A stretch of DNA of 59,525 bases from a virus: the IMG/VR virus record IMGVR_UViG_3300045988_114220, one strand, 5' to 3'. The translations under genes were made by a program, and so were the position numbers. The notes under the pieces are model-generated. The model saw only the letters and a program-made list of their open reading frames with translations, ran no database searches and was not told the origin of the DNA. Below are positions 1-8,176 of the stretch, piece by piece; the stretch's first letter is position 1, and the number at the start of each line of letters is the position of its first letter.

Positions 1-55
1 ACATCGGTTTCCGCTCCGCTCTGCTGTTGTGCCGGGACAAGGTGAAAATCCTACG
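1..55. repeat. Terminal direct repeat identical to 59471..59525; this is circular-genome assembly overlap, not a biological LTR
   Basis: Exact 55/55 nt identity between window start and end. The repeat begins inside the DGR template repeat. Confidence 0.9.
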
Positions 56-203
56 GGGTATCACACAGCGCACAACACCAAAGGGGCATATTTCCGACCC
101 AAAACAGGAATTGTTAGGGAAAAGATTTAATTGCCGTGAAAACGCCGCAAGGACGGCGAGGCAGGAATGTCACGCACGGCGCAAAGGCTTAGGAGGAAAG
201 ATT
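1..203 (+). ncRNA. DGR TR 3' end (1..20) plus TR-RT spacer region, presumably part of the DGR RNA
   Basis: Continues the TR from 59375..59490 across the junction. It lies between avd/TR and the RT start at 204. An RBS AGGAGG at 191-196 precedes the RT ATG. Confidence 0.45.
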
Positions 204-1340
204 ATGGAACAGCAGGCAGAGAGTCCGCCGATTAACTATCTGACGGACGCATACGAGCGGATTTATGATTACGAGGAATTGTATAATTCATACCTCGAAG
301 CAAGGAAGAACAAACGATACCGGGACGACGTGCTGAAATACACGGACAACCTCGAAAGCAACCTCATTGAATTGCAAAACGAACTGATATGGCAGACCTA
401 CAAGGTCGGAAAATACCGTCCGTTTTTCGTATATGAGCCGAAAAAGAGGCTCGTTATGGCGTTGAATTTCAAGGACCGTGTTGCTCAATGGAGTGTTTAC
501 AGACAACTCAACCCGTATTATGACCGTCTTTTTATCGGGGATAGTTACGCTTGCAGGAAAGGAAAAGGCTCTCACGCGGCGGCGGACCGTTTGCAGTATT
601 GGTTACGGCAGACGGGAAGAAAGCCGGGAAAATGGTACTACTTAAAGTTGGATATAAGCAAATATTTCTACCGGGTAGACCATTCCGTACTACTCAATAT
701 TCTTTCAAGGAGAATAAAGGACGAGAGGCTAATGGGACTGCTCCGCACGATAATCAATTCAGAGGAGCAGGCTTTCGGACTGCCGGCCGGCGTAGCGCCG
801 GACGATTGCCCGGAGGACGAATGGCTGTATGATGTGGGAATGCCTATCGGCAATCTGACATCACAATTATTCGCAAACATCTACCTCAACGAACTCGACC
901 AACATTGCAAGCACGACCTACACCTCCACTATTATATCCGATATATGGATGATATTATTATCCTCCACAACAGCAAAAGTGAACTACAAGCAATCAAGGA
1001 CGATATAGAGGTGTTTTTGGCGGAAAAACTGCACCTCAGTCTGAACAACAAGACGGCAATACGCCCGACGAGCCTCGGTATCGACTTTGTGGGGTATCGC
1101 ATATATGCGACACACCGCAAACTGAAAAAGCAGACCGCCCGGAGGATTATCCGAAGCGTTACGGCAATGAGCAAATCACTTGCGGCAGACACACTCTCAC
1201 GGGAGGATTTCGACCGCACAGCAGCCTCGTACAAGGGTATATTTCAGCATTGCAACAGTTTCGGATTGCGGCGGAAACTCAACGCAATTTTCAAGGAATA
1301 CGCCTTGTGCGGGAAAGGAGGAACAGCAAATGCAGTTTGA
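204..1340 (+). CDS. DGR reverse transcriptase
   Basis: ORF-track 27..1340 trimmed to the ATG at 204, which has an AGGAGG RBS. The protein has the motif PIGNLTSQLFANIYLNELD (a DGR-type I/VGxxxSQ) and YMDD. Confidence 0.9.
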   Translation: MEQQAESPPINYLTDAYERIYDYEELYNSYLEARKNKRYRDDVLKYTDNLESNLIELQNELIWQTYKVGKYRPFFVYEPKKRLVMALNFKDRVAQWSVYRQLNPYYDRLFIGDSYACRKGKGSHAAADRLQYWLRQTGRKPGKWYYLKLDISKYFYRVDHSVLLNILSRRIKDERLMGLLRTIINSEEQAFGLPAGVAPDDCPEDEWLYDVGMPIGNLTSQLFANIYLNELDQHCKHDLHLHYYIRYMDDIIILHNSKSELQAIKDDIEVFLAEKLHLSLNNKTAIRPTSLGIDFVGYRIYATHRKLKKQTARRIIRSVTAMSKSLAADTLSREDFDRTAASYKGIFQHCNSFGLRRKLNAIFKEYALCGKGGTANAV

Positions 1341-1662
1341 TTTTTGGCAATTTGTAGCGGCACTCGGAATACCGACGGCGTTTACAGGTCTATGTGTATG
1401 GCTCTTAAAAAAGCACCTCGACAAAAAAGACGAAGACCACGAACGCAAAGAGGAAGCACGAAAAGAACTTGATGTTATGCTCTTGCGCGGAGTCAGCGCC
1501 GCTATTTCGCTTGGAGAGGCCACAGCGAGAGCGGTACAGTGTATTCCAGACGCACATTGCAACGGAGATATGCACGCGGCTTTGAACTATGCTACAAAGG
1601 TTAAGCACGAACAAAAGGACTTTATGACCGAGCAAGGCGTAGAGCATTTGCACGACGATTAA
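1330..1662 (+). CDS. Small single-TM protein, holin-like
   Basis: Internal ATG at 1330 with RBS GGAGGAACAGCAAATG. An N-terminal hydrophobic segment is followed by a charged region. It sits next to the endolysin. Confidence 0.4.
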   Translation: MQFDFWQFVAALGIPTAFTGLCVWLLKKHLDKKDEDHERKEEARKELDVMLLRGVSAAISLGEATARAVQCIPDAHCNGDMHAALNYATKVKHEQKDFMTEQGVEHLHDD

Positions 1663-1676
1663 GGAGGCGAAACCCA

Positions 1677-2051
1677 ATGCAGAAACCCAAAAAGAGTGTG
1701 GGCGTGATGAATATAATTCTCGTCATTATTGCCCTCACCCTCGTTACATTTACAGTCGTTATGATAAGAACATTTTGGCTGTACGGAGCAATCCCGGACA
1801 CGCTTTGTACTTGCGTTTTCGGCGTACTCGGAACGGAGTGCGGCGCAATGGCTTGGATAAAGACTAACAAGGACAAGCACCGCGACCGCAAATACGAATT
1901 GGAGGACCGGGAGTATTACGACAAGAAGAACGGAGGAATTTCTATGACAGACAAGAAAACCGAAGTAACAGAGGAAATCAAGGATTTCCCGACACAGGAC
2001 ACATTCAACAGCGAGGATATGGCAGCAGAAAACGACGAGGAGGCGGAATAG
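1677..2051 (+). CDS. Small membrane protein with two predicted TM segments; possible holin/antiholin
   Basis: RBS AAGGAGGCGAAACCCAATG. The hydrophobic N-terminal half is followed by an acidic tail. It is immediately upstream of the endolysin. Confidence 0.4.
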   Translation: MQKPKKSVGVMNIILVIIALTLVTFTVVMIRTFWLYGAIPDTLCTCVFGVLGTECGAMAWIKTNKDKHRDRKYELEDREYYDKKNGGISMTDKKTEVTEEIKDFPTQDTFNSEDMAAENDEEAE

Positions 2052-2052
2052 T

Positions 2053-3672
2053 ATGTTCAAAATGCGTACAACGAAACCCGAAAAGGGCAACAAATACTAT
2101 AACACCAAAGGGAACGGCGGATATTCAAACGCTATCAAGGGCAGTCCCACCGATAAGGATTGCAATGTGCTTTCCAACTGCGTAGGATATGCCTACGGCC
2201 GTTTCAATGAAATCGGAGGCTATGGCTGTTGTAAATACCTCGCCCCGGTAAATGCGGAGAACTTTATGCAGTATAAAGGCTCTTGCAAAACCGGGCAGAC
2301 ACCGAAAGTCGGCGCGTGTATGGTGTGGCAAAAAGGCGCGACGCTCAAAGGCAACGACGGCGCAGGACACGTTGCTATCGTTGAAAAGGTAATCAGCCCG
2401 ACGGAGGTTGTCACCTCGGAAAGCGGTTGGGGCTGTAAAAATCCGTTTTGGACGCAGACCCGGAGAAAGGGCGCAAACGGGAATTGGGGCGCAGGAAGCG
2501 GCTACAAATTCCTCGGATTTATCTACAATCCTGCCGTAAAAGATACCGACACCGAGCCGGAGAAAACCTACACCGCCGGAGCGAGCAACGAGCAGACAAT
2601 TTACAACTATCTGACACAGGTAGCCGGACTCAACTGTGCGGCAGCTTGCGGCGTTCTTGCGAATATCGAGGCGGAGTCGGCTTTCCGCCCGAACAATTTG
2701 CAGAATTCATACGAAAGAAGCCTCGGCTATACAGACGAAACCTACACGGCGGAGGTAGACAGCGGAGCATACGGCAATTTCGTAAAAGACTGCGCGGGAT
2801 ATGGGCTTGCACAATGGACCTATTGGAGCAGAAAACAAAAGCTGCTCGAATTTGCCAAGAGCAAAGGAAAGTCAATCGGCGATATGGGTATGCAGCTTGA
2901 ATTTTTCGTGCAGGAAATCAAGCAGTACAGCGGCGTTTGGAAGTGCCTTACTACGGTAGCAAACACAGCCGAGGGCGCATACAACGCCGGACACACCGTT
3001 TGTTATTCATACGAAGCGCCGGCCGCAAAGGAAACCTCCTCGGTGACACGCGGCAACCGTGCAAAGGTGTTATATGCAAAGTATTCGGGTGAGCCGACAC
3101 AGAGCGGCGGGACCGTGCAGGACGGCGACACCGTATATACTGTAAAGAGGGGCGATACCCTGTCGGGAATTGCCGCAAAATACGGAACAACATATCAAAA
3201 ACTCGCCGCCTACAACGGCATTAAAAACCCGAACATCATCAGCGTAGGTCAGCAAATCAAAATCCCCGGCAACACAGCGGAAGCGCCTACCCCTGCGGTT
3301 AAGCCTGCCGAGCCGCCGCAGACGACAAAGCCGACAACGGAAACGACCGAAACGGTCTACACCGTAGTCAAAGGCGACACGCTTTCGGGAATTGCGAAAA
3401 AGTACGGGACAACCTACCAAAAACTCGCCGCATATAACGGTATCAGTAACCCGAATGTAATCAGCGTCGGGCAGAAAATCAAGATACCCGGAACGGCGGC
3501 GAAACAGCCGGAGGCGAGCCGTACTTATACCGTAGTCAGAGGCGACAGCCTGTGGGGTATTGCCGCAAAACTGCTCGGCAAAGGCTCACGCTACCCCGAA
3601 ATCAAGAGCCTTAACGGACTCACATCTGATGTCATTACAGCAGGGCAAGTGCTGAAAATCCCGGAGAAGTAA
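2053..3672 (+). CDS. Modular endolysin: CHAP-like peptidase + phage lysozyme-like domain + 3x LysM
   Basis: The N-terminus has a Cys/His CHAP-like region ([15 protein letters not shown]). The middle has [15 protein letters not shown], which is phage-lysozyme-like. Three repeats of [29 protein letters not shown] are LysM domains. RBS GAGGAGG. Confidence 0.85.
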   Translation: MFKMRTTKPEKGNKYYNTKGNGGYSNAIKGSPTDKDCNVLSNCVGYAYGRFNEIGGYGCCKYLAPVNAENFMQYKGSCKTGQTPKVGACMVWQKGATLKGNDGAGHVAIVEKVISPTEVVTSESGWGCKNPFWTQTRRKGANGNWGAGSGYKFLGFIYNPAVKDTDTEPEKTYTAGASNEQTIYNYLTQVAGLNCAAACGVLANIEAESAFRPNNLQNSYERSLGYTDETYTAEVDSGAYGNFVKDCAGYGLAQWTYWSRKQKLLEFAKSKGKSIGDMGMQLEFFVQEIKQYSGVWKCLTTVANTAEGAYNAGHTVCYSYEAPAAKETSSVTRGNRAKVLYAKYSGEPTQSGGTVQDGDTVYTVKRGDTLSGIAAKYGTTYQKLAAYNGIKNPNIISVGQQIKIPGNTAEAPTPAVKPAEPPQTTKPTTETTETVYTVVKGDTLSGIAKKYGTTYQKLAAYNGISNPNVISVGQKIKIPGTAAKQPEASRTYTVVRGDSLWGIAAKLLGKGSRYPEIKSLNGLTSDVITAGQVLKIPEK

Positions 3673-3857
3673 TGGCGAAATGTTCAGTATGCGGCAAGGA
3701 AATAACCGAGGTTAAACCTTGCCCATACAATCGCCGTTTCGGACCGACCTGCGACGAGTGCTGTGAGGATTGCTTTGAGAGCGAGCCTTTCTCTTGCCCG
3801 GAACACAGCGCCCGGAGCGAAAACAAATCAAATACAAATAAGGAGAAAAAGAAATGA
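3672..3857 (+). CDS. Small Cys-rich, putatively zinc-binding protein
   Basis: 61 aa with CxxC...C...CxxCCxxC...C and a Lys-rich tail. It is coupled to the endolysin stop. Confidence 0.4.
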   Translation: MAKCSVCGKEITEVKPCPYNRRFGPTCDECCEDCFESEPFSCPEHSARSENKSNTNKEKKK

Positions 3858-4225
3858 ATGTCGTTAATTTCATCATTGCAAATTGGGATTTTATCCTGCT
3901 CGTTGTAGCGGCCGTAGCCGCCGTTGTATTCGCCGTTTTCAAGGGAAACAAATCCGTCGTTATGAAAATGCTTTATGCACTCGTAACCGAAGCAGAGAAA
4001 GACCTCGGCGGCGGAACAGGCTCGCTGAAACTCGCTACTGTTATCGAAACTATTTACCCAAAACTCCCGACGATTATCAAGGCTTTTGTTACAGACGCTA
4101 TGCTTGAAAAGTGGGTCGAGGAGGCTCTCGCCGCCGCAAAGACCGCTTGGGAGAAAAATGCGAAGATTGCGGAATATATTAAGAAACCCGCAAACGAAAA
4201 CGCCGATACAGCGCCGGAAGAGTAA
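3854..4225 (+). CDS. Putative holin, resembling the LL-H family
   Basis: N-terminal TM helix followed by ...EAEKDLGGGTGSLKLATVIE..., which resembles the phage holin LL-H family. It is the last gene of the lysis cassette before a terminator. Confidence 0.5.
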   Translation: MNVVNFIIANWDFILLVVAAVAAVVFAVFKGNKSVVMKMLYALVTEAEKDLGGGTGSLKLATVIETIYPKLPTIIKAFVTDAMLEKWVEEALAAAKTAWEKNAKIAEYIKKPANENADTAPEE

Positions 4226-4308
4226 ACCTCTTGCTATCACCCGCGATACTGCACATTTTTGGTGCTGATGAATAATGTCGTCCCGGACCGCCACCTACGG
4301 GACGAAAT

Positions 4309-4350
4309 CACCCCTCTATCGTTCACTTGGTAGAGGGGTGTTATTTTTTT
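4309..4350 (+). terminator. Rho-independent terminator
   Basis: Stem cacccctcta / tagaggggtg with a 12-nt loop, followed by ttattttttt. Confidence 0.7.
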
Positions 4351-4390
4351 GCTGATTTTCGGGACAAGTGAGGACAAAACAAAGTAAATA

Positions 4391-4399
4391 TGCTATAAT
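4391..4399 (+). promoter_or_regulatory. Extended -10 promoter (TGcTATAAT) for the lipoprotein moron
   Basis: TGCTATAAT lies about 24 nt upstream of the RBS AAGGGAGG. No good -35 is present. Confidence 0.4.
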
Positions 4400-4422
4400 A
4401 AAAATTCAAGGGAGGCACGGAT

Positions 4423-4935
4423 ATGAAAAAAGCGCTATCTATTTTCGGAGCAATTTTACTGCTCGTTTCTCTTTCCGCCTGCGGTAATCTGGAAGAAGTA
4501 AAAAACGTAGCTGAAACGCAGAAAACCGAAAGCAAGTATTCTTACGACGAACTGAAAGAAATACAAGACTACATAAATACCGAATTATCGGTTTATGGAT
4601 TTAAGTACGGTGTTTCTGTTAATGAACGAGAAGAAAAAGTAGATATATATATATCACTCAAATTATCGTATTTTGGTGCAGAGGAAACATTTGCAGACAC
4701 CGTAGAATGGGGAGTCCCTATTGTAAAGCAAGCACAAGAAAACTACGAATTTGAACTCTCAAAATTGGATATTTCTTTCCTACTATATTCAGGCTCTCTA
4801 AAAGAAGACCCCGACGCTGCTATAACATATTCTACAAGCGATTTATCAGCAGGATTGCTCATAGATACAAAAACGAAAGTTACCAAATCATCATTACCCT
4901 ACGAAAATATACGAGAAGAACTCTGTGAGCAATAA
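4423..4935 (+). CDS. Secreted lipoprotein (moron)
   Basis: Signal peptide with lipobox LVSLSAC|G. It is flanked by a promoter and terminators. Confidence 0.7.
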   Translation: MKKALSIFGAILLLVSLSACGNLEEVKNVAETQKTESKYSYDELKEIQDYINTELSVYGFKYGVSVNEREEKVDIYISLKLSYFGAEETFADTVEWGVPIVKQAQENYEFELSKLDISFLLYSGSLKEDPDAAITYSTSDLSAGLLIDTKTKVTKSSLPYENIREELCEQ

Positions 4936-4939
4936 CGAA

Positions 4940-4964
4940 GCCGCCCTTTGAGGCGGTTTTCTCT
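4940..4964 (+). terminator. Rho-independent terminator
   Basis: gccgcc-ctttga-ggcggc-like stem followed by ttttctct. Confidence 0.5.
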
Positions 4965-5003
4965 ATTATGTGCAAAAAAATAAAAAAATTTTGGAAAAAG
5001 GCC

Positions 5004-5032
5004 TTGACTTTTTGGGATACAAATGTTATAAT
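5004..5032 (+). promoter_or_regulatory. Sigma70-type promoter TTGACT-17-TATAAT with a TGn extended -10
   Basis: TTGACT at 5004-5009 and TGTTATAAT at 5024-5032. Confidence 0.6.
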
Positions 5033-5090
5033 TAGACTACAGTCAAGGGAAACCAAGACGAGTACGCGGCAAGTGCAGAAAGGAACGGAA

Positions 5091-5231
5091 ATGGACGAAG
5101 AGTTGAACTTGGGCGAAATGCTCCGCGAAGTCACAGAGGAAAATCAGACGAGAAAAATTCTTGAAATACTTAATTCCTGCAAGGACCTCGACGAAGCGAA
5201 AGAAAAGGTAAAGGCTCTGCTTAATAAATAA
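5091..5231 (+). CDS. Small hypothetical protein (46 aa)
   Basis: ATG at 5091 with RBS GAAAGGAACGGAAATG, downstream of a strong promoter. The ORF-track 4968..5231 would start inside the promoter. Confidence 0.3.
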   Translation: MDEELNLGEMLREVTEENQTRKILEILNSCKDLDEAKEKVKALLNK

Positions 5232-5370
5232 ACAGAGCCAAGTGGTAAAAAGGTTTGAGCGGTACTTGCCGCCGCTCTCACCTATTCCATTATAGCATAA
5301 GATATTCAAAAAGGCAAGAGGTAAGGAGGAAATAGCGACGGCTTATGTAAAAAAGACGAACAACCCGAAT

Positions 5371-5538
5371 ATGGGACGACCCTCGGTAAATCCGAGAAAT
5401 AACGATTTGAGAGTCCGCCTTTCAGACGCAGAGGAAGAAATGTTGCAAAAAATACTCCGTCAAACGGGGCGCAGCAAGACCGAAATTGTCGTCAAGGGTA
5501 TTGCACTCGTCTACAAAGAACTGCAAAAACAAAAGTAA
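5371..5538 (+). CDS. Small ribbon-helix-helix-like DNA-binding protein (55 aa)
   Basis: Manual translation gives MGRPSVNPRNNDLRVRLSDAEEEMLQKILRQTGRSKTEIVVKGIALVYKELQKQK. This has a beta-strand then two helices, typical of CopG/Arc/MobC-type RHH. It is below the ORF-track length cutoff and lacks a strong RBS. Confidence 0.3.
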   Translation: MGRPSVNPRNNDLRVRLSDAEEEMLQKILRQTGRSKTEIVVKGIALVYKELQKQK

Positions 5539-5695
5539 AAGAAAACAACGGCAAATCCCCACCGTCGAAAAGTATGGATTTACCGTTGCCCGAAACACTC
5601 TTGAAAGAGCGATTTCTGTATTTATTATACTTAAAATCAATGCTCCTGTCAAGGGTGAAGCGGAAAATTTCACAATTTGAAAAGGAGTATTCATT

Positions 5696-6175
5696 ATGAA
5701 AACCTACAAAGAAGTATTCACTTTTTATGAGGACAAGGACATTCACAAGCAGATACAAGAGGTTGAGGAACTCGAACTCAAAGTCAGCAGCTTATACGGC
5801 GATATTCGCCGATACCTCAACGACGAAACAGTAGAACGGCTCGACAGCCTTATCGGACAGATTTCCCGTGCATACGAATTACAGGGCTTCGCTTTTGCAC
5901 AGGAAGTATATCAGAAAAAATCTGATGAAGACAAGGCAAAGGCGGAGGAACTCGCCCTGCAGGAATTGAAAATGAGCCGGAAAAAGAAAACGAACGCCAA
6001 AGGCAAAAAAGGCGTACCGACCCGAATGGTTACGAGCAACGGTCTGACAAAAACAATTTCGGAATGGCTGAAACTTTTGCAATGCTCCTCCGGCACTCTG
6101 TATTGCCACTTGAATAAGTCTACCGCCCATTTCGATAAGTGGGTATCACAGCGTATGGAGTTGGTGGGCGTATGA
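5696..6175 (+). CDS. Hypothetical protein
   Basis: RBS GAAAAGGAG. The protein has a coiled-coil and basic character. Confidence 0.5.
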   Translation: MKTYKEVFTFYEDKDIHKQIQEVEELELKVSSLYGDIRRYLNDETVERLDSLIGQISRAYELQGFAFAQEVYQKKSDEDKAKAEELALQELKMSRKKKTNAKGKKGVPTRMVTSNGLTKTISEWLKLLQCSSGTLYCHLNKSTAHFDKWVSQRMELVGV

Positions 6176-6372
6176 CCGAAGTTGAAGAATGCGCCTGCGA
6201 AATACTCGAAAAAGCGAACACGCCAATAACAACAGAGGACGCTCAAAGAGCCATAGACAACGCTCGTGCGATATACAATGACCTCTATTCCGATTTTATA
6301 CAAAGGAAAAGAGCATTACGCACAATAGAGGTTTACAGCACAATAAAATCTATGCTATGCGGGGTACGCTAA
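6172..6372 (+). CDS. Hypothetical protein
   Basis: ATG at 6172 overlapping the upstream stop. The RBS is weak. Confidence 0.3.
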   Translation: MTEVEECACEILEKANTPITTEDAQRAIDNARAIYNDLYSDFIQRKRALRTIEVYSTIKSMLCGVR

Positions 6373-6460
6373 TTTTTTTAATCAGTTATGCCGTGAAATG
6401 GGGCAAATTTGTTTCACGTGCAACATTATAGACGCTAATTGCGTCATAGGAGGACATTCA

Positions 6461-6838
6461 ATGGAAACTATCACACACACCGCACTCGGAGTAACACACA
6501 CATTTGAAATTGTAGACTATATTCCTTGCGGGTATAAAATATGGAATATCGGCAAGAACGCCCCGGAGGGGTATCTACCCTTGTGTTGCTTGGGTCGGCA
6601 AAAATTTGAGGGCGGCAGAGAAATAGACCCGGACACTCTCAAAGCAATTAAAGTGGACGGAGCGGAGGCAATTCTCGCCGCCGTTGGTTTCGGACCGGCA
6701 ACGCTGTCGGAAATGGTGCGATATGTTAAGCGCTACGGCAGCTCAAAAACACCTTATGTCAAAAGCCGTGTAGAGCGTTGCAGAAAAGCAATCTACTATA
6801 TGCAAAAAATCAAGGGTATCGAAAATCTTTCAAACTGA
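6461..6838 (+). CDS. Hypothetical protein
   Basis: RBS AGGAGGACATTCAATG. Confidence 0.5.
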   Translation: METITHTALGVTHTFEIVDYIPCGYKIWNIGKNAPEGYLPLCCLGRQKFEGGREIDPDTLKAIKVDGAEAILAAVGFGPATLSEMVRYVKRYGSSKTPYVKSRVERCRKAIYYMQKIKGIENLSN

Positions 6839-6852
6839 ACGGAGGAAACATT

Positions 6853-7338
6853 ATGGAAATCAAAATCACAGTTAAGCGCCGCCGCTCCTCGGTTACGCAG
6901 GGTATGGTAGATGTGCTTGTCAACGGAGAGAAGATAATGGATTTCGGCGACAAAATCGAAATTATCCCGCCCGGAGAAAAATATTACGGCGAGTTAATAG
7001 GGAATTGGGCAAGCGTAGAGCCGGACACTTCTTTTATAATCGGAGCGCTGTATCACCCTCACGACGAATGCTATAATTTAAGTGACCTCGTGAAAAAGGC
7101 TCTTGCCAAAGCGGAACTGCAGGAACGGCAAAAAGCGCCAACAGCACCGACCGAATTACAGCGAGCCGCGGAAAAACACGGTTGGCCTTTGAGGATAAAG
7201 GCTCGCGGCGAGATTGCTCGGCTTGTATCAATACAGCCTCTCAACGACGGGACCGTAGAGCCGATATACCGTTTCCCCGGAGGCGACAGCCTCGTAGACA
7301 AAAGAGAAATGATACCCGCAGAGGATGGCGACGAATAA
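6853..7338 (+). CDS. Hypothetical protein
   Basis: RBS GGAGGAAACATTATG. Confidence 0.5.
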   Translation: MEIKITVKRRRSSVTQGMVDVLVNGEKIMDFGDKIEIIPPGEKYYGELIGNWASVEPDTSFIIGALYHPHDECYNLSDLVKKALAKAELQERQKAPTAPTELQRAAEKHGWPLRIKARGEIARLVSIQPLNDGTVEPIYRFPGGDSLVDKREMIPAEDGDE

Positions 7339-7499
7339 TGATAATCGGTGAGGTTGTAGAAACGCTTATTTACATAAAGGACAGCCCGACGCTTTCCGAC
7401 CGCGAACGCGAGGCGGTAATCGAGGCCTGCAATCTACTCGACAAGCTGCCGAGATTGGCAGAGGCTACCAAGTACGAGCCGGAAGCAGAAAATAGGTAA
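7338..7499 (+). CDS. Small hypothetical protein
   Basis: ATGA overlap with the upstream stop. Confidence 0.35.
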   Translation: MIIGEVVETLIYIKDSPTLSDREREAVIEACNLLDKLPRLAEATKYEPEAENR

Positions 7500-7800
7500 A
7501 GCGTTTTCGGTGATTTTCGGGGAGAAAAAGAACGGAAACCTCCCCGAAATTTCTGAATTGGAGCAGATACCCTCTTTGACCCCGTTTCAAGCCCGAATTT
7601 GAACGCAAAAAGTTGCATAGGCGATTTATGTAATCGGAACGAAAAGTGCGTTTTGAGGCAGTTTTCGGAACGGAAACACCACCAAAGCGGAGTAACCGAA
7701 ACGAAAACACCGCATAAGCGAAGTTTTCGGAGATATTCGGGTAATCAATCCACAAAGTAAAGTAAAGTAGAGTAAATAAGAGAAAAGTAAAGTATAGTAA
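7500..7800. repeat. Non-coding repeat region: multiple TTTTCGG/CCGAAA motifs, a hairpin, and a 9-copy AGTAA pentamer tract
   Basis: TTTTCGG occurs at 7504, 7514, 7662 and 7724, and CCGAAA at 7543 and 7696. Hairpin cggggag/ctccccg at 7518-7546. Tandem AGTAA-like pentamers at 7756-7800. Confidence 0.55.
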
Positions 7801-7818
7801 AGGAGGAATATATACGCC

Positions 7819-8094
7819 GTGATTTACGACTACAATCACTACAACGACCCCGCAAAAGGAAACAAACACATATACGCATACGGCGGACGCGGTGAAAGTA
7901 TAGAGTTTTGCGGTTTTATACACGCTGACAACAGGACGCAGGCACAAACAGTATTAAATGCTCATAATCGGGCGTGGGACGACTACGAGAGCGTTTTGCT
8001 CGACTACGACGAGCGGACCTGCAGAGCCGAATTACAACGCCGAGAGTCGGCGCAAAAGACAAAGGACGCAAACAGCGGCACGGAATATCATTGA
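7819..8094 (+). CDS. Hypothetical protein (GTG start)
   Basis: RBS AAAGGAGGAATATATACGCCGTG. Confidence 0.35.
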   Translation: MIYDYNHYNDPAKGNKHIYAYGGRGESIEFCGFIHADNRTQAQTVLNAHNRAWDDYESVLLDYDERTCRAELQRRESAQKTKDANSGTEYH

Positions 8095-8133
8095 TAACCT
8101 ATTGGAGCGTATTCGTCTAACCCAACAGGTTAT
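8092..8133. other. Imperfect inverted repeat; candidate attP core for the adjacent serine integrase
   Basis: gataacctattgg ...16 nt... ccaacaggttatc, with 12 of 13 arm positions matching. It lies about 45 bp beyond the integrase 3' end. Confidence 0.3.
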
Positions 8134-8176
8134 CAATGAGAAAACGGCGGAAGCCGTAAAGCCTCCGCCGGGACCG

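Noticed and set aside
27-203. N-terminal 59-codon extension of the RT ORF in the six-frame track
   Set aside because: This region is the TR 3' end and spacer. A strong RBS precedes the internal ATG at 204, and the extension has no RT-like sequence.
7756-7800. Possible CRISPR array
   Set aside because: The repeats are 5-nt contiguous pentamers without spacers, so this is a microsatellite and not CRISPR.
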